A stretch of DNA of 64,000 nt from Octopus vulgaris (taxonomy: Eukaryota): positions 3,286,001-3,350,000 of the forward strand of contig OX597822.1 in assembly GCA_951406725.2 (NCBI GenBank). Direction: 5' to 3'. The notes beneath the pieces are model-generated. The model saw nothing but the letters and a program-made list of their open reading frames with translations. It had not been told where the DNA came from and did not search any database. Below are positions 27,410 to 40,643 of this stretch, one piece after another; position 1 is the first letter of the stretch; the number at the start of each line of letters is the position of its first letter. A program made the translations under genes and the position numbers.

Positions 27410-27768
27410 CATACATACATACATACATACATACATACATACATACATACATACATACATACATACATAGACACGAGCATATATGGGTACAGGACGTCAC
27501 CAACAGTAAAAACGTGAGATACGAAAGCAATCGAGTTCAATAGGCAAACAACGAGAGAAACAATTGGAAAATAAGACAAGTAACATAAAGAACGACCCTT
27601 TATCAGTTGTCGGGCAGTAGATAGACAGCCGACAACTGATGAAGGGTTGTTCTTGATGTTGCTTGTCCTGTTTTCAATTTGTTTCTCTCGTTTGCGTATT
27701 GAACTCATTTGCCTTCGTATTTCATGTCGTTTACTGTTGCTGACGCGGTGTACCCATATATGGATGTG

Positions 27769-27804
<36 letters not shown>

Positions 27805-27806
27805 TG
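27410..27806. repeat. Imperfect fold-back inverted repeat, arms about 180-200 bp
   Basis: ...aagaacgaccctttatcagttgtcgg [loop] ccgacaactgatgaagggttgttctt...; arms colinear out to (TACA)n/(TATG)n. Confidence 0.9.
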
Positions 27807-27870
27807 TATATATATCTGTATATATAAAACTCTAGTATGTATGTATGTATATATATATATATATATATAT

Positions 27871-28222
27871 AACGTCAACGATGAGTCTACGATTTTAAAA
27901 ATAATTTAACATCATTTTTTATTCCATTTTAATGTGTCAATGGCGGCGGAGTTGGCGTCCACGCTCACAGCTGCACCTGTTTGCTTCTCCCCCTTCCCTC
28001 CCTCGTGAAGCTGTGGGGAAGGGAGTGTAAAGAAATCAACGTCGTAATGCGTTGTCAAGGAGAGCAGCGTTCTTTTAGAACAACGACTTCATGGCTTGAA
28101 GACACCAAAACAGAAATGGCTAAGAAAGCCCGAATTGGCATCTATAAGGGAAGTAACTCTCTAAAAATGCTTATATAGTTATTTCCCTTACAAACCCGAG
28201 CAACGCCGGGCGATACTGCTAG
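27871..28222 (+). mobile_element. Non-autonomous Helitron, 5'-truncated
   Basis: 3' end cccgagcaacgccgggcgatactgCTAG^t (subterminal hairpin plus CTAG), same as 47566-47862. Confidence 0.85.
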
Positions 28223-28268
<46 letters not shown>

Positions 28269-28286
28269 AGTATTGTCTATATAGGA

Positions 28287-28778
28287 GACCTGATGTTGTA
28301 GCTAGGACACTCTATAATGAAGTTCGTCGGAAGGATAACCCCGAGGACAAAGGAATAAGAACCCACAATATGGCAGAAGCCATAGCCCCTGATACTAAAG
28401 AGAAGTATTAGTGGAATGTCCCAGTGGAAACCTCAATAACACGTAAGCACAACGGACCTGATATAATGATTTGGGATAGGGAAGAGCAACTGTGCACAGT
28501 TGTAGAAATTAGCTGCCGAACGGATGTTAACAAAAAACTGAAGATTAGTGAAAATGTACTTTTAAGAAACCTGCAGTTATTCTATCCAGATTACAAGTTC
28601 AGGTTTATACCTGTGATTATTGCGGCTCTGGGATATGTAATACACTAGCTAAATACCAATCTAGAGAAATTAGGCTACTCAAAATGAGAAAGGATAAAAC
28701 TGATTCGAAGACTACAGATCCAATCTATTATTGGAAGTGAAAAACTCAGTAAAACTTTCGAGAAGTTTATCATTTAAA
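28287..28778 (+). mobile_element. Degenerate RLE-type (R4-like) LINE fragment
   Basis: DVVARTLYN..HNGPDIMIWD..VVEISC..FIPVIIAALG. Confidence 0.8.
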
Positions 28779-28989
28779 TATATATGAGTATGTCTAGATA
28801 TGGAACTATACACGCAACAAAGGAAATATACCAATATATTTTTGTGGGTTCGACTTCGAATCCACAAGAGTAAACAAGGGAGACAGTGACAGGCAGAAAC
28901 AAGGAAAATGCCCCTTGTATTTGAATACTATGCAAATATTATTTTTTTAAATTTTAATTTTTTCAAAATTTAATTGTTTTCCATACTTA

Positions 28990-29025
28990 CGGTTGAAAAA
29001 GTCTCAATGACTGAAACCGGTACTG
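28990..29025 (+). ncRNA. Minimal type-I hammerhead ribozyme motif, U3-A8 compensatory core
   Basis: CGG / TTGAAAA / AGTC-tcaat-GACT / GAAA / stem III ACCGGT / GUA / CTG. Confidence 0.65.
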
Positions 29026-29209
29026 AAATGATTTTTATAAAATAATTTTAGCATTTTTTACTTTGACTTGTTTTCCATATATATATATATAAAGTTAATC
29101 CAAACAAGAAAACAAAAAAACACTACAACGCAAGGACGTGGAACAAATAAAGTATTATTGGACGCTCAGGAAAGAAGGGACGAAGGAGGTGTTTATATAT
29201 ATATATAAG

Positions 29210-29400
29210 TCAACAGCTTCGGGAAAAGGGCCAAGTTGTGCATATTGATGCCACTACTCACCTGGTACTTATTTTAACGACCCCAAAAGGATGAAAGGCA
29301 AAGTTGGCCGCAGCAATATTTGAACTCGGACGTAAAGACGGGCGAAATGCCGCAAAACATGCTGCCCGGCGTGCTTAAGATTCTGACACCTCGCCGCCTT
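29210..29400 (-). mobile_element. SINE family A
   Basis: ctggtacttattttaacgaccccaaaaggatgaaaggcaaag...cctcgccgcctt. Confidence 0.85.
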
Positions 29401-30063
29401 TTTATATAACGATAATATTCGCAACACAAATGTTACGTGCAGACAACGAGATTTTCCTAGAAATATAATTTGTCTACGAAACCAATTGACAATTTTATTA
29501 ATTATGTTACGTTCACACAGACACACAAACTTTTACTGAAGTAACTTGAGAAGCCGAAACCTGAACGCAGGTGTTGGATAATAAATTGTGGGAACTGATC
29601 AATTAGTGAGTGACCTTGTGAGAATATAATTTTCGGAAGTAAAATAGCCTTTTTACTCACACACACCATTTGATTATACTACGAGTGTTTACATCAATGC
29701 TTCCCGTCTAAGATGTTTTGAGGAAATTGATGACAGAAGTTAATGCTGGTAGCAGCAATGTGCAAACATGATTCAGTCGCTATCGGTCAGGTCTGTTGTG
29801 GGTAAATAGTCAGAAGAACGGCGTGGAGAAACATACGGATAGCCATAACTCTTAAAATACTGCATTTGTATAGAGCTGAAAAACACTCAACAAGTTCTGG
29901 CCGTTCGGGCACTGTGCTACTTGTTGCTCAAATGATTAGCTTTGTCATACAGGTCTGTGACCTAGCTTTCCAGCTCTGAGCATCTCTTCTTACTAAATGA
30001 CATGGTGTATCTCCGAGTATATTACCCAATGTGTCCTTCTTTTATTTTTTACGTATTGTTTAC

Positions 30064-30495
30064 ATAGGCACAGGAGTGGCTGTGTGGTAAGTAGATATAG
30101 CCGCAGGAGTGGATTGCTTACCAACCACATGGTTCCGGATTCATTCCTACTGCGTGAAAACTTGGGCAATGTCTTCTTCTATAACCTCGGACCGACCGAA
30201 GCCTTATGAGTGGATTTGGTAAACGGAAACTGAAAGAAGCCCGTCGCATATATGTATATATATATATGTGTGTGTGTAATTGTGTGTATATGTTTGTGCG
30301 TCTGCGTTTGTCTACCCAACATCGCTTGACAACCGATGCTGGTGTGTTTACGTCCCCGTAACATAGCGGCTCGGCAAAAGAGACCGATAGAATAAGTACT
30401 AGGCTTACAAAGAATAAGTCCTGGGGTCGATTTGCACAACTAAAGGCGGTGCACCAGCATGGCCGCAGTCAAATGACTGAAACAAGTAAAAGAGT
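30064..30495 (+). mobile_element. Full-length SINE family B with a small duplication in the head
   Basis: aggcacaggagtggctgtgtggtaagtag...ggttccgg...cttgggcaa...internal (TA)/(TG)...gactgaaacaagtaaaagag. Confidence 0.92.
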
Positions 30496-30589
30496 AGAAG
30501 AGTTGATTATGATTCAAGGGAGAACAGTTCGCTGTATCAAGCAGGTGGAATGCGATGCTCTATCTTTCTCGTTCTCCTGTCCTTCGACT

Positions 30590-30870
30590 GACACGGCTTT
30601 GGATGCGACGATCAGTGTTCCAGTTGATCTGATGGACGGAACAGCCAGCTCGTGAAACTAACGTGCAAAGGGACGAGCATTCCACAAACAGACGCCTTCC
30701 ATTAATGTGGTTCTCAGGAAGATTCGAAGTGACACAGAATGTGAAAAGTCTGGTCCTTTGAATTACAAATACAACTCATTTTTGCCAGCTGAGTGGACTG
30801 GATTAATGTGAAATAAAATGTCTTGCTCATGGATATAATCCCGTCAGGAATCAAAGTTACAACCTCACCA
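30590..30870 (-). mobile_element. Older SINE family D (CORE-like head plus C1-type tail)
   Basis: Shares cagttgatc..acggaacagcc.gctcgtgaaa.taacgtgca with C1 copies but has a different head; second copy at 35172-35485. Confidence 0.7.
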
Positions 30871-30984
30871 CTGTGACCCAAAAAATTCCTTTCTCCATTA
30901 TATGCCGTTGTCAAGTGCAATATATGATGCAGTGCTGCAACCTTTGCATGGCGTCAACGCTCCCCAATTGACACTATTACTTAT

Positions 30985-31160
30985 TCTATTGATATCTTTT
31001 GCCGAACCGCTAAGTTACGGGGACGTAAATACACCAGCATCGGGTGTCAAGCGATGTTGGTTACACCAACACAGAAGCACAAACATATACACACATGTAC
31101 ACACACACACATACACACACACACACACACATACACACACACACACACACACATACATAT
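30985..31160 (-). mobile_element. Partial SINE family B
   Basis: ttttgccgaaccgctaagttacggggacgtaaatacaccagcatcgg. Confidence 0.8.
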
Positions 31161-31304
31161 ATAAGAAGACATAACGGCGTCTCTAAGGTAGATTCAGTAA
31201 CTCGAACGTTGCTACTCCTATACACTTCTTTATAAATGCTGGTGTTTGGATACATTGTAAGCGTTGATGCTACTTCTACTCTGTGTATATACGATTGGGG
31301 CTTC

Positions 31305-31490
31305 TAGATCCAACACGTCCAATAAATTTGGCATTTTCATTTCCCTTACCCGAAAGGTATTGCTGATAGCGTACTTTGGTAATTATTCTCTGCGGTTTTC
31401 TTTGAATAGTCGTATAAATATGGCGGGCTTCGGCAAGAGTGTCAACATTTATTAGATAATAATGCGAAAGCAACGGCATATCTACATGCA
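31305..31490. repeat. Interspersed repeat, second copy at 32889-33050
   Basis: tagatccaacacgtccaataaa...cccttacccgaaagg...gaatagtcgta..aatatggcgggctt present twice. Confidence 0.85.
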
Positions 31491-31635
31491 CTAGCGTAGC
31501 TAGAGTGTGTGCTCTCCGGGGCGGCCTCCGGACCACACAAAAACACATATTGCCTACAGCAGACTCAAAGTGGTGTCCCTTTAAAAAAGCTGCCCGAGGC
31601 GGACCGCTCCAGCAGCCCCCACCAGCTGCGCTAGG
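31490..31635. mobile_element. Possible small MITE
   Basis: Terminal inverted ctagcgtagct / agctgcgctag; no TSD recognised. Confidence 0.35.
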
Positions 31636-32551
31636 GACTAATTGCGATAGATAATGACGTATATATTTACTTTATCATATCATATCTTTGCTGGAGAACC
31701 ATAGCTTCATTGTTAACTTGTTTCCAAGCAGCTAAACCACAGTTCATTGAGAATCTAACGAGTAAGTGTGACAAGGAAGCGTTGTAACTCGATGAGATTT
31801 CTTTGAAAAATATGTTTTTTACATTGATGTTGACATTCTCTGATATATGGTGAAAAATTCAAATCGACAAACATACATATATACATTCTTACATATACCC
31901 ATAAACAGATACAAAGTGTCCATGAAGAAAGATAGAGTGACAGAAGACTTTATTAACCTGAAGCAAAATATGTCGGACGGAGCTTTCCTCTTCCATCAAA
32001 ATACTATCCCACGATGCATTTATAGTACGAGTACTGAAACCAAGATTTGGGATGTTTGACTGGTTTTTTAGAGAACCATCGCTTCATTAAACACAAACTG
32101 TAATGATTTCAGCTGCATACTTCCACAGAAATAGAGATGGTAATAAACCGTGTCTCATACAATGGATGGGAAGGATAGAGTTTGGATTACCCTCGACAAT
32201 ATCTTCAATTAATCAACAAAATCATTAAAAAGGTTTGCAAAAGTAAAAAAATTAAATAAAACAGCTTTTTCACTAAATATTTCAAAATGTACACACATTC
32301 ACATCAACTTGCTTAGATACATTTTCATTAATATAAACGTACTTACATGGGTATACGATGGGCTTCCTGGCAGTTTTCTTCGATTACATGCCACTCACAA
32401 GACATTGATCAACCTCGATGGAGATACTTTCTCGGTGTACCGAGCACTGGTATCGAAACTGAAAACACGTTGTTGTAAACTTAATTTGTTATCGCCACAG
32501 TCTATCTGCATTCATAAATTGCTGTTGAATTTGTGATCTGAATCGTTGCAG

Positions 32552-32603
<52 letters not shown>

Positions 32604-32700
32604 AAGTTCAATAAAATTTAGATTCAGTTGAATATGGTACTTAAGTTAAAGGCACCAGAATTTAATATGGTATTATCCATATAATTCAAAATGGGATGAT

Positions 32701-32778
32701 TATAATCAAAATAAGCAACAATGATATCCAGAGGTAATGCATTACCTCTGGATATCCTTGTTGCTTACTTTGATTGTA
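32701..32778. repeat. Palindrome with a perfect 34-bp centre
   Basis: gatatccagaggtaatg|cattacctctggatatc with imperfect extension; flanked by (TA)n. Confidence 0.92.
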
Positions 32779-33780
32779 TATATATATATATATATGTATA
32801 TTATTCTCGATGTGTTTCTTCGTGCAGTAGAAATATGTCTGAGATCTGGAGCAGTAGAAATGTTTGAGATTTTGAGCAGTAGGGCTTGTAGATCCAACAC
32901 GTCCAATAAATGCGGCATTTTCATTTCCCTTACCCGAAAGGTGTTGCTAATAACGTACTTTAGTAATTATCCCCTGCAGTTTTCTTTGAATAGTCGTAGA
33001 AATATGGCGGGCTTATTAGATAATTACACGAAAGCAACGGCATATCTACATTCCAGTAAAAACCTATAGTATATATTACGAGGTGGGAGCGCTAAGCAGT
33101 GATGTGTGTAAGAATGCAATGTTATTAGCAGTACAAATAATCTAGTGACAAGTTTGAATTTGTAAACAAGCCAATCACCGTGTTTTGTCATGGAGAAAAT
33201 TTCTCACTGAAGAAAAATGGTGTAAATACACTTAAATCAACTTGCAGCGCCACCTATCCAGGCTGTGAGATGCAAGAACTTCAGAGTGGCTATATCTTTT
33301 TCAGTCACGAAAACCGAGTGGTGTCGCTGCGAGCTGATAAGATAGATAATTTCTCTAATGTTATTCCAGTCGTACGTTGGCTAGTACGGAAATGAAGAAA
33401 CATAATAAGCAAAAACAAATTCTTTTAAAAACTTTTGTTCTTCAGTTTCCTCTATGGTTGCTGTGGACTCCACTAAAACACTCAAGATACCTATTGTGGC
33501 AACAAACCGGACGACGTGTTAAAACTATCAGACATGTTTGCCAAAACATGAAACACGTAGAGATGCAAACAGTACCACGATGCGTCCGCTAAATTTTTAA
33601 TATTTTTTTATGTTATTTTTTTAAGTCATTCGACTTGACGGGTTTTAGTCCCCAAAACTGACATCGTTACGTATTCCTTTTTAATTTAGCCGGGTACTTG
33701 GTTTTGAAATGCACTCACTCACATGGTTTTTGTCGGCCCTGAGTTCTAGTAAAAGACATTGACCCCAGGAATCACGCATA

Positions 33781-33828
<48 letters not shown>

Positions 33829-33840
33829 ATGTATATATAT

Positions 33841-34189
33841 ACGAGCAAAACGCCCCCCCCCCCCCCCGTCCAATGGACGGTGCTGAATTGTCAAACATTT
33901 AAACCAAATATTCTCTAAACAATTTGTCCGACCGTACCATATGCCTCTGATTTAACTTAAATTTGAGACACCAGCAAAAGACGGATTTCGACTGATGTAC
34001 TTGCGCGTACAAATGCACGTTCCCACGGCTTTATCTATCGCATTCACACCTGGAATCCAATTTGTATTTTTTTCAAGACTTATACTCTCCCTGATACCGT
34101 CCGTATCTATATATTAAATTTGAGCGTAATCAGATGGAGGTTGCCCTAGACCCTAGAAGACACAGACAGACAGACAGAAGAACTGATTT

Positions 34190-34198
<9 letters not shown>
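33841..34198 (-). mobile_element. Probable non-autonomous Helitron
   Basis: Minus strand starts tatattataaaatcagttcttctgtctgtctgtctgtgtc; ends with hairpin ccgtccattggacgg followed by a degenerate CT(C)G. Confidence 0.55.
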
Positions 34199-34278
<80 letters not shown>

Positions 34279-34309
34279 TATATGTATGTGTGTGTGAGAT
34301 TATGAATGT

Positions 34310-34353
<44 letters not shown>

Positions 34354-34852
34354 GCGTGTATGTATGTATGTATCTCTGTGTGTCTGTGTCTCTACATATA
34401 CATATATACACATTGACATGTATCTTAAGCACAATACAGTGATATTTGTATAAAGTGGCGAATATGTTCTTATGTGAATATATCTGTTTACATGTTTATA
34501 CGACCAGATAACAACATAAAGTTTGTATACATATAAAACTAATATAACGTATAAACTATCTATTTATTAGAAATATCTATAAGCTTATGGTTGCTGTAAA
34601 TTACTAATTAATTTAAAAAACTTTCGGATGAGATTACTTTAACGACACTATTTCAAGAATTATACATTTTTAATTAAGTAGACGATAATGAACTGTGTTT
34701 TCTGACGGTGATGTATCTCCGTCGTTTGATGATGAGATACGAGACTTTCAATGAGCTGAAAAACCTGTTTCTGACTTACCGTGTATACGTGTCTTTGGAA
34801 TTATGCCTGTCTATTAAAGTAATTCTCAGGCAGAAATAGTGCTCAGGCAGAA

Positions 34853-35088
34853 ATAAGACGCCGAGCTGGCAGAAACGTTAGCACGCCGGGCGAAATGCGT
34901 AGCGGTAATTCGTCTGCCGTTACGTTCTGAGTTCAAATTCCGCCGAAGTCGACTTTACTTTTCATCCTTTCGGGGTCGATTAAATAAGTACCAGTTACGC
35001 ACTGGGGTCAATATAATTGTCTTGATCCGTTTGTCTGTCCTCGTTTATCCTCTCTGTGTTTAGCCCCTTGTGGGTAATAAAGAAATAA
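34853..35088 (+). mobile_element. Full-length SINE family A (A1 tail)
   Basis: Near-identical to 22618-22850. Confidence 0.92.
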
Positions 35089-35171
35089 GAAGTAGTGTGG
35101 CAGAGAGTGTGTGGGAAGCCTGTAACTTTTGAATTAATGGAACAAACCACCCGACAGGCGTCTAGCAAAGC

Positions 35172-35485
35172 TGGCACTCTCTCGGTTACGAAGATGGGTG
35201 TTTCAGTTGACCCAATCAACGGAACAGCCAGCTCGTGTAATTAACATGCATGTGGTTGAGTATTTCAAAGGCACACGTACTCCTCAAGTAGTCCTCAGTG
35301 AGATTCTCTGTAAGATAAAATGTGACGAGTCTGGCCATCTGAATTAGAGGTACAACTCATTTTTTTCAGCTGAGTGGACTGTAGCAACGTAAAATAATGT
35401 ACCTTGTAACGCGACACCAGGGATCGAATTCACGACCAAGCGATCGTGAGCCGAACATCCCAACCAGTAAGCCACGCGCATCCAC
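35172..35485 (-). mobile_element. SINE family D
   Basis: C1-type tail plus CORE-like body and a tRNA-like head (gggatcgaattcacgacc..gcgatcgtgagccgaacatcccaaccagtaagccacgcgc). Confidence 0.75.
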
Positions 35486-35532
35486 CACGACTAGACGAAC
35501 TAGTCTGTTTAATTTCATATATGTCATCATCG

Positions 35533-35746
35533 AAAGGCGGCGTGCTGGCAGAAACGTTAGCGGTATTTCGTCTGTCGTTGCGTTCTGAGTTCAAATTCCG
35601 CCGAGGTACAACTTTGCCTTTCATCCTTTCGGGGTCGATAAAGAAAGTACCAGTGTCGCACTGTGGTCGATGTAATCGACTTAATTCCTTTGTCTGTCCT
35701 TGTATGTCCCCTTTATGTTTAGCCCCTTGTGGGTAGTAAAGAAATA
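35533..35746 (+). mobile_element. SINE family A (A1 tail)
   Basis: Colinear with 22618-22850, with a short deletion in the head. Confidence 0.9.
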
Positions 35747-36101
35747 TATATGTCATCGTCGTCATAATGGGTTTAGCTTCAGATCAGTGGTGGTCAGCCA
35801 GGGTTCATATGACCCTCGCGATTCACATAAGTTTTCTGCAATTAATGTTTATTTTTCTACAATAGACAAAATATAACAATGTTTTATATAATACCTAATC
35901 ATATTTGATTATAAAGATATAACAGGATTATTTAAAGATTCAATGGCTATGAGGGTCCAGCCGAGTAAAAGAGGAGTCAAAGGGGTCCCTAGGAGAAAAT
36001 GGGCTGAGAACAGCTGGTTGAGAAGATCCACAGCGTGTTAGAATGATCAACAGCATTCTAGCTATAAATATCTCTTTGTTTCTAGACATAGAACATCTAT
36101 A

Positions 36102-37029
36102 CGAGTGTGTATCAAGAAGTTCCCGGACTAGGTCTGTAGCGCACCAACAGATAGTAGCATACGGTTGCATGCACAGTGAGAGCTAGAAATAACCTCCATG
36201 AGGCAGTGTTCTTAGTGACATTGCTGTGTTTACTTCCCAACTTGAGAAATTTGTGTTTTTGTGATCAGGTGTATGCTGCAGTCTGCGATTTTGTCATGGA
36301 CAGAGAATTGAAACGAAGTACCAACGAGAAATTTTGCTTTACACTTGGGACATCTGCTACAAATACATTGAGCATGCTTTGGTAAACTTATGACGCCGAG
36401 GCAATGGATCATACGCAATGTTTCGAGTGGCACCAGTGCTTTAAAAGCGGAAGGACATCACAGGAAGACGATGAGCGATCTGGAAGACCGGCCACGAGCG
36501 TCACTCCCGGAAATGTCCTGTTGTGTATCAAGAATTCGGTCCCACAGGGCCAGACAGTCAATCGCGAGTTCTATCGCGACATTTTGACGTGTTTGAGAGA
36601 GGACATTCAGCGAAAGCGACCGGATGTGTGGAGAGCGAAAAACTGGATTCTTCACGACGGCAATACACTCTGTCACCGAGCTCTCTTCAATCGTGAGTTT
36701 CTCGCCAAAAGCAACATGGTCTCGCTTCCACACCCACACTATTCGCCAGATTTCACACTTGCGGACTTCCATATTTCTACAAAATGAAATTTCTGCTCAA
36801 TGGTCGCCATTTGAACAGCGTTATCCTATATTCAGAGCGAATTGAAGAAGGTCATCCACTCGCTTACAGAAGACGACTTCCAGGTCGGATTCCAAAAGCA
36901 GCAGGAACACTGGGTTCGGTGTATTGCTATGCAAGATGACTATTTCGAAGGAGGTGATGTTAAAACTTCAGTAAATAAGTTATGTTTTATTAAATATAAC
37001 GAGTCCTAGAAACTTTTGATACCACCTCG
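36102..37029 (+). mobile_element. Mariner DNA transposon, internally deleted, transposase pseudogene
   Basis: TA-flanked TIRs cgagtgtgtatcaagaagtt / aaacttttgataccacctcg; peptides FEWHQCFKSGRTSQEDDERSGRP, WILHDGN..H, HPHYSPDFTLADF (YSPDL-like). Confidence 0.93.
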
Positions 37030-37786
37030 TAACTACATTTTTCCAATATATAGTTTTAAATTTCTTTAAAACCTTTGACTGTTGTTTAAGGGACTTATTG
37101 CCGTTATTTTTATCTGGTGGAAAGGTGACAGTTATGTGCTTCAGTAACTAAGTCCAGAGTTCTAACACTGTTACAAATATATACATAGGTATATTTATCT
37201 TTTTATATCCACAATTTGTCGTATTTTTTAAAATTTCTGTTCAAATTTTGGAACTTATTATTTGATGTAACGTCATTTCTTGTATATATTCACTTATAAT
37301 CATCATCATCAACATCATCATCATCATCCTCATCATCATCATCACTATCATTTTTATCTTCATCGTCATCATCATCATCATCATCATCATCATTACCATT
37401 ACCATTACCACCGATATATGTTTTTATGAGCGTATATCAATTCTATCATGCGAGTTTCAATATGGCCTCTCTTGACTCCCGTCTTTCAATATCCTCTTTG
37501 TGAGGCTCAAACACACAAAAGTCATCTTTATTTTGCTATGGTCACCTCTCCTTCTCTAATTACATCTATACAACCAAGAATTCAACCTGTCTATCATAAT
37601 ACATATACAAATATATTTTAAAACTAATCCTTGACAAAGGACTACTAGAATACACGATATAAAGCAAATATTGTATACCCATTCGTAGAAACAATAACAG
37701 ATAAAAGATATGAAATGAAATGTCAGAGATGAGATGGAAATGTAATTAACTGAAAACTTATTTCTAACAGGAAGCTGTTAGCATCT

Positions 37787-38432
37787 ATGTATGTATGTAT
37801 GTATGTGTGTATGTGTGTATGTATGTGTGTATGTATGTATGTATGTATGTATGTATGTATGTATGTATGTATGTGTGTATGTATGTATGTATGTATGTAT
37901 GTATGTATGTGTGTATGTATGTATGTATGTATGTATGTATGTATGTATGTATGTGTGTATGTATGTATGTATGTATGTATGTATGTATGTATGTATGTAT
38001 GTATGTATGTATGTATGTATGTATGTATGTATGTATGTATGTATGTATGTATGTGTGTATGTATGTATGTATGTATGTATGTATGTATGTATGTGTGTAT
38101 GTATGTATGTATGTATGTATGTATGTATGTATGTATGTATGTATGTATGTATGTATGTATGTATGGTATGTGTGTATGTATGTATGTATGTATGTATGTA
38201 TGTATGTATGTATGTATGTATGTATGTATGTATGTATGTATGTATGTATGTGTGTATGTATGTATGTATGTATGTATGTGTGTATGTATATATGTATGTA
38301 TATATGTATGTATGTAGGTATGTGTCTATGTTGTGTGTGTATGTATGTATGTATGTATCTATCTATCTATCTATCTGTCTATTTATCTATCTACCTATCT
38401 GTCCATCCATCCATCCATCCATCCATCCATCC

Positions 38433-38502
<70 letters not shown>

Positions 38503-38570
38503 ATCTATATCTATAAATATATATATGTATATATATGTATAAATATATATATGTACGTATGTATGTATAT
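37787..38570. repeat. (TATG)n, (TCCA)n and (TCTA)n microsatellite block
   Basis: Seen directly. Confidence 0.98.
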
Positions 38571-38642
38571 ATATAGCTATCATTTTATATATCAATCCCC
38601 ATATCTAGAAAAATTGTATCCCCTATACGCAAAAAGACATAT

Positions 38643-38682
<40 letters not shown>

Positions 38683-39418
38683 TTACCTACATATATAATA
38701 TACTTAAACTTATAGAAAATGTGTATCTAACTATACATATGTGTGTGCCTGCACGTGTGTGTGTGTGCGTGTATGTGTTTATACACACACACATATATGC
38801 GTATTTAGACATTCATACATCCAAACACATACACACACACGATATATATATCCATACATGCATACACATATCTCTTTCGAAAATTCTGCCAATCAAGCCG
38901 TAACCCTACCTTTATGACTCCCTAAATATCTATTAAACTATTTTCTGTGTAAAAACAATCACAAGGCCAAAACAAAGAGAAACATAGAAACACCACAATT
39001 AACCGAAACACATTAACATTAAGCAAACTATCGTAGTTACATAAGCAAACACACGCAAGCGCATGCGCACACGCACACACAAACACGCACACAAACGCGT
39101 ACACATTCACATACGCACAAAGAAGTACGAACAGATATAAGCATAAGAAAAAAAAACACAGACCAAAAAAATATACATTTCTGAAATTCCATTCCGCTCA
39201 GTTCCCAAATCTCTAAGCTTGATTAATATCCATACACACCCAACCATTTCTACACATATAAACGCGACCCGCCCACCTGAATATTACCGCCATGAAAAAT
39301 CTCACGCATTTTGTGTTAGCTCACCCGCATACTCATATATAGATATGTATAAGGAAACACACACACACATGTAATATAAACGATGTACAGAAAATTCTAA
39401 CGATTGCTTACGATGTCA

Positions 39419-39532
<114 letters not shown>

Positions 39533-39661
39533 ATCTATCTATCTATCTATCTATCTATTTATCTGTCTGTCTGTCTATATATCTATCTATCTGTTAATCT
39601 ATTTATCAACCTATCTATCTACCTCTCGCTGAAGATATATATATATATATATATATATATA

Positions 39662-40039
39662 GTAGCACTCCGACGGTTACGACGACGAGGGTTCCAATTG
39701 ATCCGATCAACGGAAGAGCCTGCTCGTGAAATTAACGTGCAAGTGGCTGAGCACTCCACAGACACGTGTACCCTTAACGTAGTTCTCGGGGGATAATTCA
39801 GCGTTATACAGAGTGTTACAAGGCTGGCCCTTTGAAATATTGGTACAACACATACAGGAGGAAAGAGAGAAAGTTGTGGTGAAAGATCACAGCAGGGTTC
39901 GCCACATCTCCTTGCTGGAACAATGTGAACCTTTAGGTGTTTTCGCTCAATAAATACTCACAACGCCCAGTCTTGGAATGGAAACCGTGATCCTACGACC
40001 GCGAGTCCGCTGCCCTAACCACTGGGCCAATACGCCTCC

Positions 40040-40040
<1 letters not shown>
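39662..40040 (-). mobile_element. Full-length SINE family C, C1 tail, inside (TA)n
   Basis: Colinear with 12553-12940; (TA)n on both sides. Confidence 0.92.
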
Positions 40041-40073
<33 letters not shown>

Positions 40074-40074
<1 letters not shown>

Positions 40075-40231
40075 GCACATATACACGCATGCGTATATAG
40101 ACGCACACACGTACTTATTTAGCTCCACCATTTTTCTGTCAACATCTGCTGCATGTGTGTACACGGGTAAATATATATAGATTTACATGAATACATACAC
40201 GCATACATAATACATACATACACACACACAA

Positions 40232-40292
<61 letters not shown>

Positions 40293-40294
40293 CC

Positions 40295-40378
<84 letters not shown>

Positions 40379-40433
40379 CATACATATATGTTTAAGGATA
40401 AATGTGCAACGTGCACTTACGCATACACACAAA

Positions 40434-40486
<53 letters not shown>

Positions 40487-40643
40487 TTGTGTGTGTGTAT
40501 GTATGTATTATGTATGCGTGTATGTATTCATGTAAATGTATATATATTTACCCGTGTACACGCATGCAGCAGATGTTGACAGAAAAATGGTGGAGCTAAA
40601 TAAGTACGTGTGTGCGTCTATATACGCATGCGTGTATATGTGC

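Noticed and set aside
33244-33262. CTCF-like word gcagcgccacctat
   Set aside because: A single short motif with no supporting context
35785-36016. hAT-like MITE (cagtggtggtcagcc / ggctgagaacagctg)
   Set aside because: TIR match is weak and no 8-bp TSD is visible
37787-38715. ORFs of 176-306 aa (MYVC repeats) and many similar YI/CV/HT ORFs
   Set aside because: Translations of (TATG)n, (TA)n and (CA)n microsatellites
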